Source: Anaerolineae bacterium (GTDB lineage: Bacteria; Chloroflexota; Anaerolineae; UBA1429). Taken from it: a stretch of 64,000 bases of DNA. This document shows, one piece after another, positions 1 through 9,767 of this stretch (the stretch's first letter is position 1; every line of letters begins with the position of its first letter). The notes beneath the pieces were generated by a model. It worked only from the letters and a program-made list of their open reading frames with translations, was not told the origin of the DNA and searched no databases. The stretch is taken from positions 1,344,001 to 1,408,000 of the forward strand of contig OY776562.1 in NCBI GenBank assembly GCA_963675785.1. Direction: 5' to 3'. A program made the position numbers and the translations under genes.

Positions 1-233
1 ATGTTCTCATAGCTCTCCAAACCAGCATTGATGCCTACTTGGGGCCACACAAAAGCAGGAGGATTGGATATCGTGCGCGAAGGAGAGAAAAGGTCGCCCA
101 CAAACTCGCGACCGCAAAAGGCACGCCATTCAGCCTCAATACGTTCTTCTTCACGAGGATTCAGGCGATCTTCGAGGTCTTGCAGGCATCGCTCTAATAG
201 ATCGCGCGTTTCGGCGCCTTTATTGCTAGTCAC
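1..233 (-). CDS. N-terminal part of a hypothetical protein running off the window edge
   Basis: Not in the ORF track. GTG at 233 lies 3 nt after the amidase stop and the frame is open to the edge: MTSNKGAETRDLLERCLQDLEDRLNPREEERIEAEWRAF... Confidence 0.6.
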   Translation of the reverse strand, partial: MTSNKGAETRDLLERCLQDLEDRLNPREEERIEAEWRAFCGREFVGDLFSPSRTISNPPAFVWPQVGINAGLESYEN

Positions 234-236
234 AGA

Positions 237-1295
237 TCAAGCGTCCTCGTCTTCAGTCTGCCCTTTGATGCCACTGCCTGGGCTATCGACAGGGAAAGGG
301 TCGCATGGTGAAGCGGGCAAATCGCCAAAGACCACATCCTCGTCCACCTCGTCCTCAGTGCCGTTTTCGTCCGCAGCCTTTTTGGCGTTGCGCCCCTCAA
401 ACTGCTTGTAATCCTCATATTCGCCCAGGGTCATGGGTTCCAGTGAACCGTCTGCGGGCACGAGCATAGCCGCCGCATAGTATTGCAGCAAATAAGCCTC
501 GCCATCCACCTCAAAAGGAATCTCGTCGCTCAGTGGCCCCACCATGCCCCGTTCACCAGCAGCCTGGGTCAACGAGCCGTTGGGATCAGGTCGCACCAAT
601 AGATGCTGCACCTGCTCGGTGATTGTCCGGCGCACCGCGCTGAGTTTTTCTTTTCGCTCCTCCCGGTACTCTGCCACCCATGCAGTCACCTGAGGGATGA
701 TCCAGGCTTTTTGTACCGTCAAACCCGGACAAGTTTTTGTTGAAAAATCACGATGAAAGCCCAGGTCCGTTACGGATAGGCCAAAACGTTCGCTCAAAAT
801 ACCCAGAGCGATGATGCTGTTCTCGAGAATAGCCCCAGAAGGCAGTGCATTATCGTAATTTCCCACCATCTCGACGTGGCGTGTACGATAATTGTGTCCG
901 TAAACCCCCACGCCGTCATAGCGCAAATCACTAAAGAGCCAAATGCCATCAGGCGCCACAAAGATATGTGGCCCCACAGTCCACCCCTCATACCACTGGT
1001 CATCGGTATCCTGCCAGAGCTGTCGCTCATAATAGGCCTTCATTGCCAGGATGGTATCCATGCCCTTCCAACTGTCCACAGTTGGCTTCCATGTATGATG
1101 CAAAAACACTTGAGTGGGCCGCGGTTCTGGCACGTCCATGGCCTCAACATATTCGATGAACTCATCGGCTGTCAGGCATTTGCCCACGATCTCCATCGCA
1201 GGTGACTTGATGACATCATGCGCCCCAACGCGAGAGTTCTCTCCCCGCGCATTGACTCCCTCACGGTGCAATCCGCGCCACAACGATTGCCACAT
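237..1295 (-). CDS. N-acetylmuramoyl-L-alanine amidase (Amidase_2/PGRP-like) domain protein
   Basis: Zn-ligand motifs FLHHT, HIFV, GFHRD and KTCPG; TAATG stop/start overlap with the upstream gene. Confidence 0.75.
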   Translation of the reverse strand: MWQSLWRGLHREGVNARGENSRVGAHDVIKSPAMEIVGKCLTADEFIEYVEAMDVPEPRPTQVFLHHTWKPTVDSWKGMDTILAMKAYYERQLWQDTDDQWYEGWTVGPHIFVAPDGIWLFSDLRYDGVGVYGHNYRTRHVEMVGNYDNALPSGAILENSIIALGILSERFGLSVTDLGFHRDFSTKTCPGLTVQKAWIIPQVTAWVAEYREERKEKLSAVRRTITEQVQHLLVRPDPNGSLTQAAGERGMVGPLSDEIPFEVDGEAYLLQYYAAAMLVPADGSLEPMTLGEYEDYKQFEGRNAKKAADENGTEDEVDEDVVFGDLPASPCDPFPVDSPGSGIKGQTEDEDA

Positions 1296-2563
1296 TATGC
1301 GTCCCCCTGCACTAGATCCCAGCGGTAATTCCGCGCCATCGCGTGCTTTAAATCCGTCACAACCTGGTTCTTACCATCAATACTCCAAATATCCTTTTGC
1401 TTCCACCGGTAAAGCACCATGCAGCGTATCTTTTGATGGTCAGCGGAGGCGTTCCACTCAGCGATCTCCTGATAAGACCGCTGCACCCAGGCTCGATTCG
1501 CATCTTCCCAGGGCACATTCTGGTCTGTCTCAGTAAGATAAGCTGGTAAATGCCGCATGGTCTCTGGCACCGCCTCCATAAAGTCCATATAGCTGCGGAA
1601 CAAAGCCCGGCGATTCTCAAACGGCGGGCGCATGCATTCCTCACTGGTGATATCATCCGGATTGGCGCTACGACCGTATGTATGCAACGAAATACCGTCA
1701 GCGATGCCCTGTAGTTCTGTCAGCACATCGGCAAAATACTGCACCCAATCGCCACGAGGATTGCTGGCATAGGTGGTTTGTGTATTCCATGGGCCTATAG
1801 CCGCCGTTACCACCTGGTCATTCTCATGGCCTGGTTGAGCATGAATACGTTCGGCACACTGGCGAAAGCAATCGGCATACATTTGAGGGGTGATGATCTC
1901 GCCATTCAAGGGACCACCCGGACGCTCAATGGCCAGATTTGGCTCGTTACCGATGACCCAGATATGGCAACCGCTAGAACCTGCCACATAGCGGGAGCAG
2001 CGAACAGCAAAATCCGCATAGCGACTTGAATGGGGAATGCTGCCACCTGGCGTATAGCCATTGTTGATCCGCACAATCACACCAAAACCGCGCGCAGTGA
2101 GATCATCATAAGCTTCGCTGGAAGCGTCGTCCGTTTCACAGCCAATGTCATCACTGACCAGTACCCAGCCAGGTCTTCCAGCCTGTTCCATCAACTGTTC
2201 GCCACCGCGGTCGTGCAAACCATAGAGATAGGGCGATTCGCCTTCAGCGAGAGGTTCCGGCTCAGGTGGCTCAGGTATGAGAATGATCTGGCCAATTTCA
2301 AGGGCTGTGGGGTCTGTAATACCATTAAAGGCAGCCAACACGGAAAATTTGGCGCCGTCACCATAATATCGGCGGGCAATCGCCCAGAGGGTCTCGCCAG
2401 CAGCGATACGGTGAGCGCCAACTCGCTTGCCCCACTCCCCAACCCAATCGGCGCAATAGACGCCTAGCAGCTCACTCAGGTCCACGCCCTGATCAGCCGC
2501 ACGCGCCAAAACACGTCGAACCAATGCTTGCTCAAGGGAAAAGGATAGCGTCTCTCGGGCCAT
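1295..2563 (-). CDS. LysM domain + glycoside-hydrolase-like (clan GH-A) protein
   Basis: LysM motif HRIAAGETLWAIARRYYG...GQIILIP; acid/base GNEPN and nucleophile-like YLTET. Confidence 0.75.
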   Translation of the reverse strand: MARETLSFSLEQALVRRVLARAADQGVDLSELLGVYCADWVGEWGKRVGAHRIAAGETLWAIARRYYGDGAKFSVLAAFNGITDPTALEIGQIILIPEPPEPEPLAEGESPYLYGLHDRGGEQLMEQAGRPGWVLVSDDIGCETDDASSEAYDDLTARGFGVIVRINNGYTPGGSIPHSSRYADFAVRCSRYVAGSSGCHIWVIGNEPNLAIERPGGPLNGEIITPQMYADCFRQCAERIHAQPGHENDQVVTAAIGPWNTQTTYASNPRGDWVQYFADVLTELQGIADGISLHTYGRSANPDDITSEECMRPPFENRRALFRSYMDFMEAVPETMRHLPAYLTETDQNVPWEDANRAWVQRSYQEIAEWNASADHQKIRCMVLYRWKQKDIWSIDGKNQVVTDLKHAMARNYRWDLVQGDA

Positions 2564-2598
2564 GCCTTCTCATTTCTGTGTAGAACGCGATAATGAAC

Positions 2599-4494
2599 TC
2601 ATCCACCGCGCAAAACGCGGGTATCTCCCAAACGCCGGGTAACTCGACGCTGATCCAGTGCTTCGAGCAAGGCCAATGTATAGCGTCTGCTCGTGCCCAG
2701 CAGGTCCCGTATTTCAGCCACAGTTGCCTGCCCATGTTCTTTCAAAAAAGCCACTACACGCTCTTGCATTTCTGTAAAAACGCCTGCCTCATACGCCAAA
2801 TCCGGGCTCACCCGCACCAACCGGCCCGATTCGATCAAATACCCCAATAACTCGGATCCAATCTCGGCCTCAACTTCACCTAGCGCAGGTGGTGTATACC
2901 CTGCATTCCGGATGCGTTCATAGACCCCATCAACAGCCTGTTGTTGAGTTACAGTCAGCACAACCTTGTGTTCGGCCAAAGAGGCTATGCCGCCAATCAA
3001 TTGCAGCGTACCGCGCGCCTGGGCTTCGCGACTCCAGGCATCAAAAGCCTCATCTGATAGCCGCAAGCGGCTGCGCAATTCTTCACGCGACATGCCAACT
3101 CTCAACGGGTGCTCCACGTAAAAGTCCTCTAGCAACTCTAGCGCCTGCTGACAGGTCGTCTCCCAAGCTTCCCGCCCGAATACAATACTGTCGTCGCGAA
3201 GGGCATCGAGCGAGCCGCTGGCCAATACCAGACTGCCCCGCTGCACAAGTTGCCCCAACGCAGTCAGTGCCTCAGTAGCTGCCAAACCGCTGGCATTGCG
3301 CAATTCCTGCCAGCTCTGCGGTCGATTGCCTGGCAAAGCCGCCATAATCTCCAGCGGGGATCCCCCCGAAAAGGCCTTGAGCCGCTCAATGACACGCAGA
3401 TCATTTCGCTTATAACGTCGTCCAGGACGCGTATTCAGCACCACGCCGCCGCCCAGTGTATCCGCAGGAGAAGGCCGGCGCAAGACAAAGCGATCGCCGC
3501 GTTTACATGCCAGTGCCTCGCTCAATCTCAATTGGCCCCAGCCACTCTCTCCCGGCAACAGATCCTCAGCATCCAGCAGTCTCACCCGCGCCAACACACG
3601 AGATGAGCCGGTATAGAACTCGAGTTCATCGTCATGGTCAATACCAATAGGCGCGTCATTGACCACGCGCAGCGACACATCCAGCAGCAAGGTGCCGCTA
3701 ATAACGCCAGGAGCCGCGATCACCTGGCCTCGCTGCACAGCATCCTTGTCTATGCCCGCCAGATTTATAGCCAGACGACTTCCCGGCCCAGCCTTTTCCA
3801 ACGTCTCGCGATGAGATTGCAAACCACGGATGCGAGCCCGTCCTTCGCCCGGGCGAATCTCGACATCTTGCCCTACCTCAAACCACCCGTCTGAAAGTGT
3901 CCCTGTTACCACCGTGCCAAACCCAGACATGGTAAAGACACGATCCACAGGTAAACGAGGCAACCCCAGGTCAGGGCGTTCAGGGGCATCGGCCAGCAAC
4001 CGATCCAATTCGGCCAGCAACTCATCCAGGCCCTGGCCGCTTGTTGCTGAACAGGGAATAATATGTGAACCTTCCAGGCTGGTGCCCATCAACAAGGTTT
4101 CAATCTCATCCACGACCAGTGAGAGCCACTCCTCATCTTTGACGAGATCAACCTTGGTCAGGGCAACCACGCCCCGTTCAATCCCCAGCAAGTCAATAAT
4201 TGCCAGGTGTTCGCGAGTCTGGGGCATCACGGCTTCATCAGCAGCCACCACAAACAGAGCCGCATCAATACCACCAATGCCTGCCAGCATGTTTTTGACG
4301 AAATCCTCATGGCCGGGCACATCGACAACGCTTACATCCAAACCACTTGGCAGAGTCAACCAGGCAAACCCCAGATCAATGGTCATCTGGCGCTGCTGCT
4401 CTTCTTCCAACCGATCCGGATTGATCCCTGTCAACGCCTTGACCAGGGTAGACTTGCCGTGATCTACATGGCCAGCCGTTCCGATAACGTACAA
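2599..4494 (-). CDS. selB: Selenocysteine-specific translation elongation factor
   Basis: GTAGHVDHGKS, TIDLGFA and DVPGHEDFVKNMLAG motifs; C-terminal winged-helix GTSRRYTLALLEALD...TRRLGDTR; 631 aa. Confidence 0.95.
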   Translation of the reverse strand: MYVIGTAGHVDHGKSTLVKALTGINPDRLEEEQQRQMTIDLGFAWLTLPSGLDVSVVDVPGHEDFVKNMLAGIGGIDAALFVVAADEAVMPQTREHLAIIDLLGIERGVVALTKVDLVKDEEWLSLVVDEIETLLMGTSLEGSHIIPCSATSGQGLDELLAELDRLLADAPERPDLGLPRLPVDRVFTMSGFGTVVTGTLSDGWFEVGQDVEIRPGEGRARIRGLQSHRETLEKAGPGSRLAINLAGIDKDAVQRGQVIAAPGVISGTLLLDVSLRVVNDAPIGIDHDDELEFYTGSSRVLARVRLLDAEDLLPGESGWGQLRLSEALACKRGDRFVLRRPSPADTLGGGVVLNTRPGRRYKRNDLRVIERLKAFSGGSPLEIMAALPGNRPQSWQELRNASGLAATEALTALGQLVQRGSLVLASGSLDALRDDSIVFGREAWETTCQQALELLEDFYVEHPLRVGMSREELRSRLRLSDEAFDAWSREAQARGTLQLIGGIASLAEHKVVLTVTQQQAVDGVYERIRNAGYTPPALGEVEAEIGSELLGYLIESGRLVRVSPDLAYEAGVFTEMQERVVAFLKEHGQATVAEIRDLLGTSRRYTLALLEALDQRRVTRRLGDTRVLRGG

Positions 4495-4496
4495 TC

Positions 4497-5726
4497 CTAG
4501 CTCCCTGGCTTGAGTCTGGGTTCAAGGTCTGTCAGTGTCTGCCGTACAGCGGCAACTCGCAACTTGAGCAAATCGAGCATCACGCTCTCGAGTTCCTGCA
4601 CACGAGACATGGCCTCACTATGCAGTGCCGCTACCTGTACTGCTAATTGATCAACCGTACCCACATCCTGCTTGCGCCAGGCTTCGAGGTTATCCAGGCG
4701 TCCATCATGTTGATCCAACACTTTGTTCAGACCAGTCTCCACCGTCTTGAAGCGATCGCTTTCTTGTGCCAGGCGGCGCTCCAACTGGGCGCGGGCTTCG
4801 TCAAGTTGGCGACGCTGCTGATCCGAATCAATCTGCTGTACCTGCCGCACCTGATCCACCTGCTGGCTCACGCCGTGAATGAGTTCCTGGCTTTCCTGCA
4901 GTACACGGCGATTCTTTTCGTGTTGATCGCTGTAATAGCGCATCTGGTCGGCCCACACATCAACCTGGTGGCCAAAGCTCTCGATCTTGCGCCCCCACTC
5001 GGTAAGAGTCTGCGCCCGTGCACGTTCATTCAATCGCACCGTCTCAAACAAGTCGTCTCGCTCACGAGAAATTTCTGCGCGGATGCCATCATAGGCTTTC
5101 ATACGCTCCGCAAGGCGAGGCAATTCCGTCTCCAGCAAGAGCAAGCGCGCTGTCTGATTCTTGTCCGTCTCACCCGATGCTTGCGTTACTTCTTGAATCT
5201 GACCAATAGATTGAACAGTTCGACTAATGCCTTCTTGAAGCTGGCGTTGCTTTTCTTCGCCTGCAGCCACTTTTTTGCCAACATCAGTAAGCGTCTCTTG
5301 CATACGCAAAAGCTGTTCACTCAGCCTGTGTTCTTCGGCTGTTCTCATCGTCAGTGACTGTTCTACACTGTCGAAACGCTCGAGTTCATTTTGAATATCG
5401 CGGATGGCCTGCATATCGTGCTCTCGTTGGGCTTGCCGCGTCTTGGTTTGGTCGTTCAGTGTGCTCTGTAATCCGCGCTCAACTTCATTGACCCTGAGCA
5501 CCAGTTCATCGCGAGTATGCTGCATCGCATCTTCAACAGCTGGAACACGCGCCAGTTGGGCCTGCAACTTTGTCATGCGCTCTTCCATAGACGCGAGCCG
5601 TTGGTTCTGGTCAGCAAGCGCTACTGCTTGCTTGTCTAGTGTCTCACGCAGCTCGGTCACCAGAGAACGCGATTTGCGCAGCTCTTGGTCCAGGTAAGAT
5701 ACGCTAATATCTGGATTAGTGCTCAT
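4497..5726 (-). CDS. Long coiled-coil hypothetical protein
   Basis: 409 aa, E/Q/R/L-rich heptads; 4-nt overlap with the upstream gene. Confidence 0.75.
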   Translation of the reverse strand: MSTNPDISVSYLDQELRKSRSLVTELRETLDKQAVALADQNQRLASMEERMTKLQAQLARVPAVEDAMQHTRDELVLRVNEVERGLQSTLNDQTKTRQAQREHDMQAIRDIQNELERFDSVEQSLTMRTAEEHRLSEQLLRMQETLTDVGKKVAAGEEKQRQLQEGISRTVQSIGQIQEVTQASGETDKNQTARLLLLETELPRLAERMKAYDGIRAEISRERDDLFETVRLNERARAQTLTEWGRKIESFGHQVDVWADQMRYYSDQHEKNRRVLQESQELIHGVSQQVDQVRQVQQIDSDQQRRQLDEARAQLERRLAQESDRFKTVETGLNKVLDQHDGRLDNLEAWRKQDVGTVDQLAVQVAALHSEAMSRVQELESVMLDLLKLRVAAVRQTLTDLEPRLKPGS

Positions 5727-7345
5727 TCAATCCCCTCGAATCTGTACATAAGCGGCGCCTCAAAACCCTCATCATTTACGAAAGCAACAGTCCCAAGATC
5801 TGCCCAGTTCCAAAGCCATTCGGCATTCTCATCGGCACTCACAATGCAGCCGTATGAATGGGCCTGGCCCACATACTGTGCCCAATCGACAGCACCGTTG
5901 GAAAGCCGCGGGAGAGCGTGAAAGCCATTCTCAGTGCCACCGGCCCAATAAAGCCCCAGCCACTTGGGCATCCAAATATTCCAGGTTGAGCCATATGCTT
6001 CTTCCATCTTGCTCTGTAGCGGATAGCGCCCAGCATTGGTGGGCGCAGAAGCTCGCCCAATCATAACCGACCACTCTTTGACAACAACATCATCCTCATA
6101 GACTTTGACCCAGAAATCGGCTAATGAAACCACGATCCGCGTAGAAGGGCAATAGGCATCGCGCACCGCAACGATGGCTGCCTGCACATCCGGATCGTCA
6201 GGGCAAACCTCGGCCAATTCCAGCACAGCATCTATAGCCACTTCCCAATCTTCGGCGTCGACGTTAGGATCGTCGCTCCAATCCGCTACAATGTTGGCAT
6301 AAGAATCGCATAGCATTGTAATAGTGTCTTTGTAATCACTATGCAGTTTTTCTACGCGCGTGAGCTTTTCAATGACAGTCTCCGAGTCATTCACCCAGTA
6401 GGCTTCAACACCCTCCATGTACAATTCGTGTACCCGGCGTACGTCCTGAACGCCTAAATGGTTCCCATCCAGGCGTACTGCCTCGTCCAACAACAGGTTG
6501 GCATCACTCAACTGGTTTTCGTCAATAAGCTCAAGGGCCTTTTCATAATAAGCATTGGCCAGTGCAGTACAAGCCTCATTATCATAGGGGGCAATCTCGC
6601 GAATCGCTTCAAGGGATGTGATGGCCGAATCCCAATCCGCCACCGTAATGCCCACATTCGCTCTGATCCAGAGATCCGCCGTCAGTTCATCAGTAGTAGG
6701 AGTAGGCGTTAGGTTGGGATCTTGCGTGGGTAACACTTCGGCCAGAGCAAAGGCGTAGCTCTGTCGATACGCCGAAAAACCCAACATCACGCCAGCGACA
6801 ACTATAACCACTGTGATAAAGGAAATAACTGGTGTGGCAATCTTGTCGAGACGTTCTCTCGTAAGCCATACATGCCACAAGCGGTGCCAAAAAGCGGCAA
6901 AACCAGCGCCGGCTTTTGCCAGCCAGCGGCCCAATGTGGTAGCGCTGCCCTGTGTAACCAGCCAGGCACGTTTTGCCCCACCACTCAAGGCTTCACGGCG
7001 TTCCTTGCGGCGCATCTGCGCAGCTTCAACTTCAAGTTCTTCACGCGTCTGGCCGCCTTGAGCAATCCGCTGTTCTTCAGCCCAACGCAATGCTTCGGCA
7101 ATACGGGGACTGTCGCGCAGCATGGTTTGCCCTTCGGTCAACAGCCGCACCGCCTCAGTGGGCGTTTCAGCACAATAAGCCAGCCAAAGCCAAGCCTCCT
7201 CACAGTCGGGGCATGTCTGAATCACACGGCGGAAAACCTCTGCCGCTTTTTGCGTGTCACCACCCTTGGCCAAAGAAACGCCTTCAGTGAGGTGGGACTC
7301 GATCAAATAGCGCATCCGAATCTCTTCTTGCCCGCTCGAAGCCAT
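5723..7345 (-). CDS. Membrane-anchored TPR-containing L,D-transpeptidase (YkuD family)
   Basis: N-terminal TPR (AWLWLA), one TM helix, C-terminal GFHA...SYGCI catalytic motif. Confidence 0.85.
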   Translation of the reverse strand: MASSGQEEIRMRYLIESHLTEGVSLAKGGDTQKAAEVFRRVIQTCPDCEEAWLWLAYCAETPTEAVRLLTEGQTMLRDSPRIAEALRWAEEQRIAQGGQTREELEVEAAQMRRKERREALSGGAKRAWLVTQGSATTLGRWLAKAGAGFAAFWHRLWHVWLTRERLDKIATPVISFITVVIVVAGVMLGFSAYRQSYAFALAEVLPTQDPNLTPTPTTDELTADLWIRANVGITVADWDSAITSLEAIREIAPYDNEACTALANAYYEKALELIDENQLSDANLLLDEAVRLDGNHLGVQDVRRVHELYMEGVEAYWVNDSETVIEKLTRVEKLHSDYKDTITMLCDSYANIVADWSDDPNVDAEDWEVAIDAVLELAEVCPDDPDVQAAIVAVRDAYCPSTRIVVSLADFWVKVYEDDVVVKEWSVMIGRASAPTNAGRYPLQSKMEEAYGSTWNIWMPKWLGLYWAGGTENGFHALPRLSNGAVDWAQYVGQAHSYGCIVSADENAEWLWNWADLGTVAFVNDEGFEAPLMYRFEGIE

Positions 7346-7997
7346 AGGAGATCTCCTTCTGCAGCGTAAACGCTGGCTCGATTATAGCATTGCACCACAC
7401 ACCCGGCAATAGCACCATGCCCGAAGCAGCCTGACTGAAGCGGCTAGAATATTGCTCAAAGTAGATTGCAAGTTTTCTTACCTAAAATGTAGTATAACGT
7501 TATTATCAGAATAAATAATGATAAAATATATAAATGCATATGATTGAATAAAGGAGTAAATTTCAAAGAATTGACAGTATTATCATCCGGATGCGCAAAG
7601 CTTGGTCAGTTACCCCAGCAAGCCAGAGCCCTTGGGAAAAACAGCTTTAGGCAACCAATGCGCTGACACATATAGAAGTATCTGTACACCGAAATATGCA
7701 AAATTCAGTAATCAAACAATCGAAAATCATGTTCGATTGTTCAACGATAGAAATCATGCTATATCACTAATAAATGATTAACATGACATCTAGAAATGAT
7801 TTTAATAGATTCATAACCTCGACACATAATGAAATAGACATCTGAAGAGAACCTACCTGGCTGAAATCAGAGTGAATAATCACTTTTATTTGGTGACAAC
7901 CCTGCAACATCGATGATCTAGACTCATTGTTAAAGCCATATGATGATCACTCTGCACAAACAAATCTGTTTAACCGTGGTTGAATCGAGAAGGTGCG

Positions 7998-8717
7998 ATG
8001 AATCCATCAGAGAAAAAAGCGGAACGCATCCTGCAAATCGAGCAATTGCTGCTGGCTTACCCCGAAGGACTCACTCAAGCGGAAATCGCCCGCCGCCTCA
8101 ACGTAGATCGTTCCACGATCAGTCGATATCTAGTTTCAATGCCTGCCCATATTTACATTGACGATCTAAACGGTAACCGCTGGAAAGTGGATAGAGAATC
8201 CTACCTGATCCATGTGCGCTTTACCCTCAATGAGGCACTGGCCATACACCTGGCTACACGCTTGCTAGCTACGCGGATGGAACGCCAGAATCCTCATGCT
8301 GCTTCTGGGCTGCGCAAACTGGCTGGTTCCTTGACTCTCCTAGCGCCGCGAATTAGTCAACACATGCAGCGTTCAGCAGACGTTATGGATGACCCCGGGC
8401 AACTCCAAGACCCAAATTTCTTGCGCACCTTGGAGGTTCTCACTCTGGCCTGGGCAGAGGGGCGCAAAACACAGGTTTGGCATCGTAGCGATGATGGTCA
8501 AGTCAGCGAATCTGTTTTTTCTCCCTATTTCATCGAACCGTACGCGGTCGGCCAGGCGGTGCATGTCATTGGCTGGCGAGAACCGCCTGAAGCCATTCGC
8601 ACCCCACACGGGGTGCGTGGATTGAAACCTCAACCGATCGTGCTACCGGCACTCACCTTTTATCGCACTCCACACAGGTATCCTGTGAGCAGACGGATGT
8701 CACCCAGTTCAGACTGA
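7998..8717 (+). pseudogene. HTH-WYL transcriptional regulator, truncated within the WYL domain and running into a CRISPR repeat
   Basis: HTH GLTQAEIARRLNVDRSTISRY and WYL-type FSPYFIEPYAVGQAVHVIG...AIRT. The sequence after IRT (PHGVRGLK) is translated CRISPR repeat; the WCX domain is absent. Confidence 0.85.
8596..8680 (+). CRISPR. Remnant type I-C-like CRISPR array: one repeat, one 33-nt spacer and one degenerate terminal repeat
   Basis: Repeat 8596-8628 (T)TCGCACCCCACACGGGGTGCGTGGATTGAAAC with a GCACCCC/GGGGTGC hairpin and ATTGAAAC end; spacer 8629-8661; degenerate copy ATCGCACTCCACACAGGTA from 8662. Confidence 0.85.
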
Positions 8718-9031
8718 GAATCCACTTTTTCCCCTGTGACGCAATGCAAAAAAGCCAGTGCCAAACGTCCCTAAAAATGTGTGGCAGAAGTCGTGAGTTT
8801 AGGTTCCTTGTGATTACTCGCCTGTATCTGTATCAAGATTGTTAACAGTTCATAGCTGTACTTGTGTCGTTAATATTATGTTTAGGGCTACTAGAAATAT
8901 AGGCCTAGTCATGAATAGGCACAGCATTCGGTGGTTCGATACGTTCGCTAAAATACATTCTTGCTTGCGGCACCCCTGCGAATTGTGCTAGTGTGGCGGC
9001 ATAAACGTGATACGAGGAGTGATAAATACGG

Positions 9032-9553
9032 ATGGTAGAAACAGATCGATTGATATTGCGCCCATTGCTGGCCGAGGAACTGGAGCTGATTGCAGCAGAT
9101 CCGCAGCAGCTGACGCGAAAAGCAGGCTTGACCGTCGAACCAGATTTGGCCGAAGAACCGGTGCCCCAAGCTATAGAATCCATGTTGGTTGGCTTGCGTG
9201 CTGCAGACGAGATCGATCGGCCCTGGCAGACTTTTTGGCTAATGCAGCTCAAACCTGATGGTCACGGCGTGGGTATGTTGGGGTTCAAAGGAGTGCCCAA
9301 CGAGAAAGGCGAAACAGAAGTGGGGTATGGCACTACTTTCGCCTATCGTGGAAAGGGCCTGATGAGTGAAGCGTTGGTGGGTTTGCTGGGTTGGGCTTTT
9401 GCCAGTGGGCGCTGCCAGGCAGTGACGGCCGAGACTCTGCCAGAGAACGGGGCATCTCAGCGGGTGTTAAGCAAGGCGGGCTTTGTGCGCGTGCCGGAAC
9501 ACACAGGCGAATGCTGGCTGTGGCGTTTGGAACGAGAGACATGGCGAGCGTGA
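9032..9553 (+). CDS. GNAT (RimJ/RimL-type) N-acetyltransferase
   Basis: ETDRLILRP start, EVGY, YRGKGLMSEA and NGASQRVLSKAGF motifs. Confidence 0.9.
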   Translation: MVETDRLILRPLLAEELELIAADPQQLTRKAGLTVEPDLAEEPVPQAIESMLVGLRAADEIDRPWQTFWLMQLKPDGHGVGMLGFKGVPNEKGETEVGYGTTFAYRGKGLMSEALVGLLGWAFASGRCQAVTAETLPENGASQRVLSKAGFVRVPEHTGECWLWRLERETWRA

Positions 9554-9604
9554 TGTTGATTTCCCCACTCCGTTTGGGCCGCAAATGAAGACGAGTTTTT
9601 TCAT
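9552..9604 (-). pseudogene. N-terminal remnant of a P-loop NTPase/kinase
   Basis: MKKLVFICGPNGVGKST with an upstream GAGGA; the resemblance ends where it meets the GNAT stop codon. Confidence 0.6.
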
Positions 9605-9767
9605 CAGGCGTTTCCTCGACATCGCATGAGCAATACACGAGAAACTTGGTTTATGCTTGAGCATTCACGAGTGCAGTTGTGGTCTTATTTTGCGCTGGCT
9701 ATCTTAACATAAAGCTGTTATACTATACATGCATCTTGATGATGCCTTATAGTCGAGGGAGTACACA

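Noticed and set aside
2599-4494. tRNA-Sec, SECIS elements or selenoprotein genes near selB
   Set aside because: None recognised by eye; not exhaustively excluded without a tRNA or SECIS scan
7521-7535. 15-mer ATAAAATATATAAAT also present at 40682-40696, as a possible att or target duplication
   Set aside because: Low-complexity AT sequence, no integrase, and the interval contains housekeeping genes
7715-7741. Palindrome as a LexA box
   Set aside because: GAAA-N5-GTTC does not fit GAAC-N4-GTTC; kept only as a generic operator candidate
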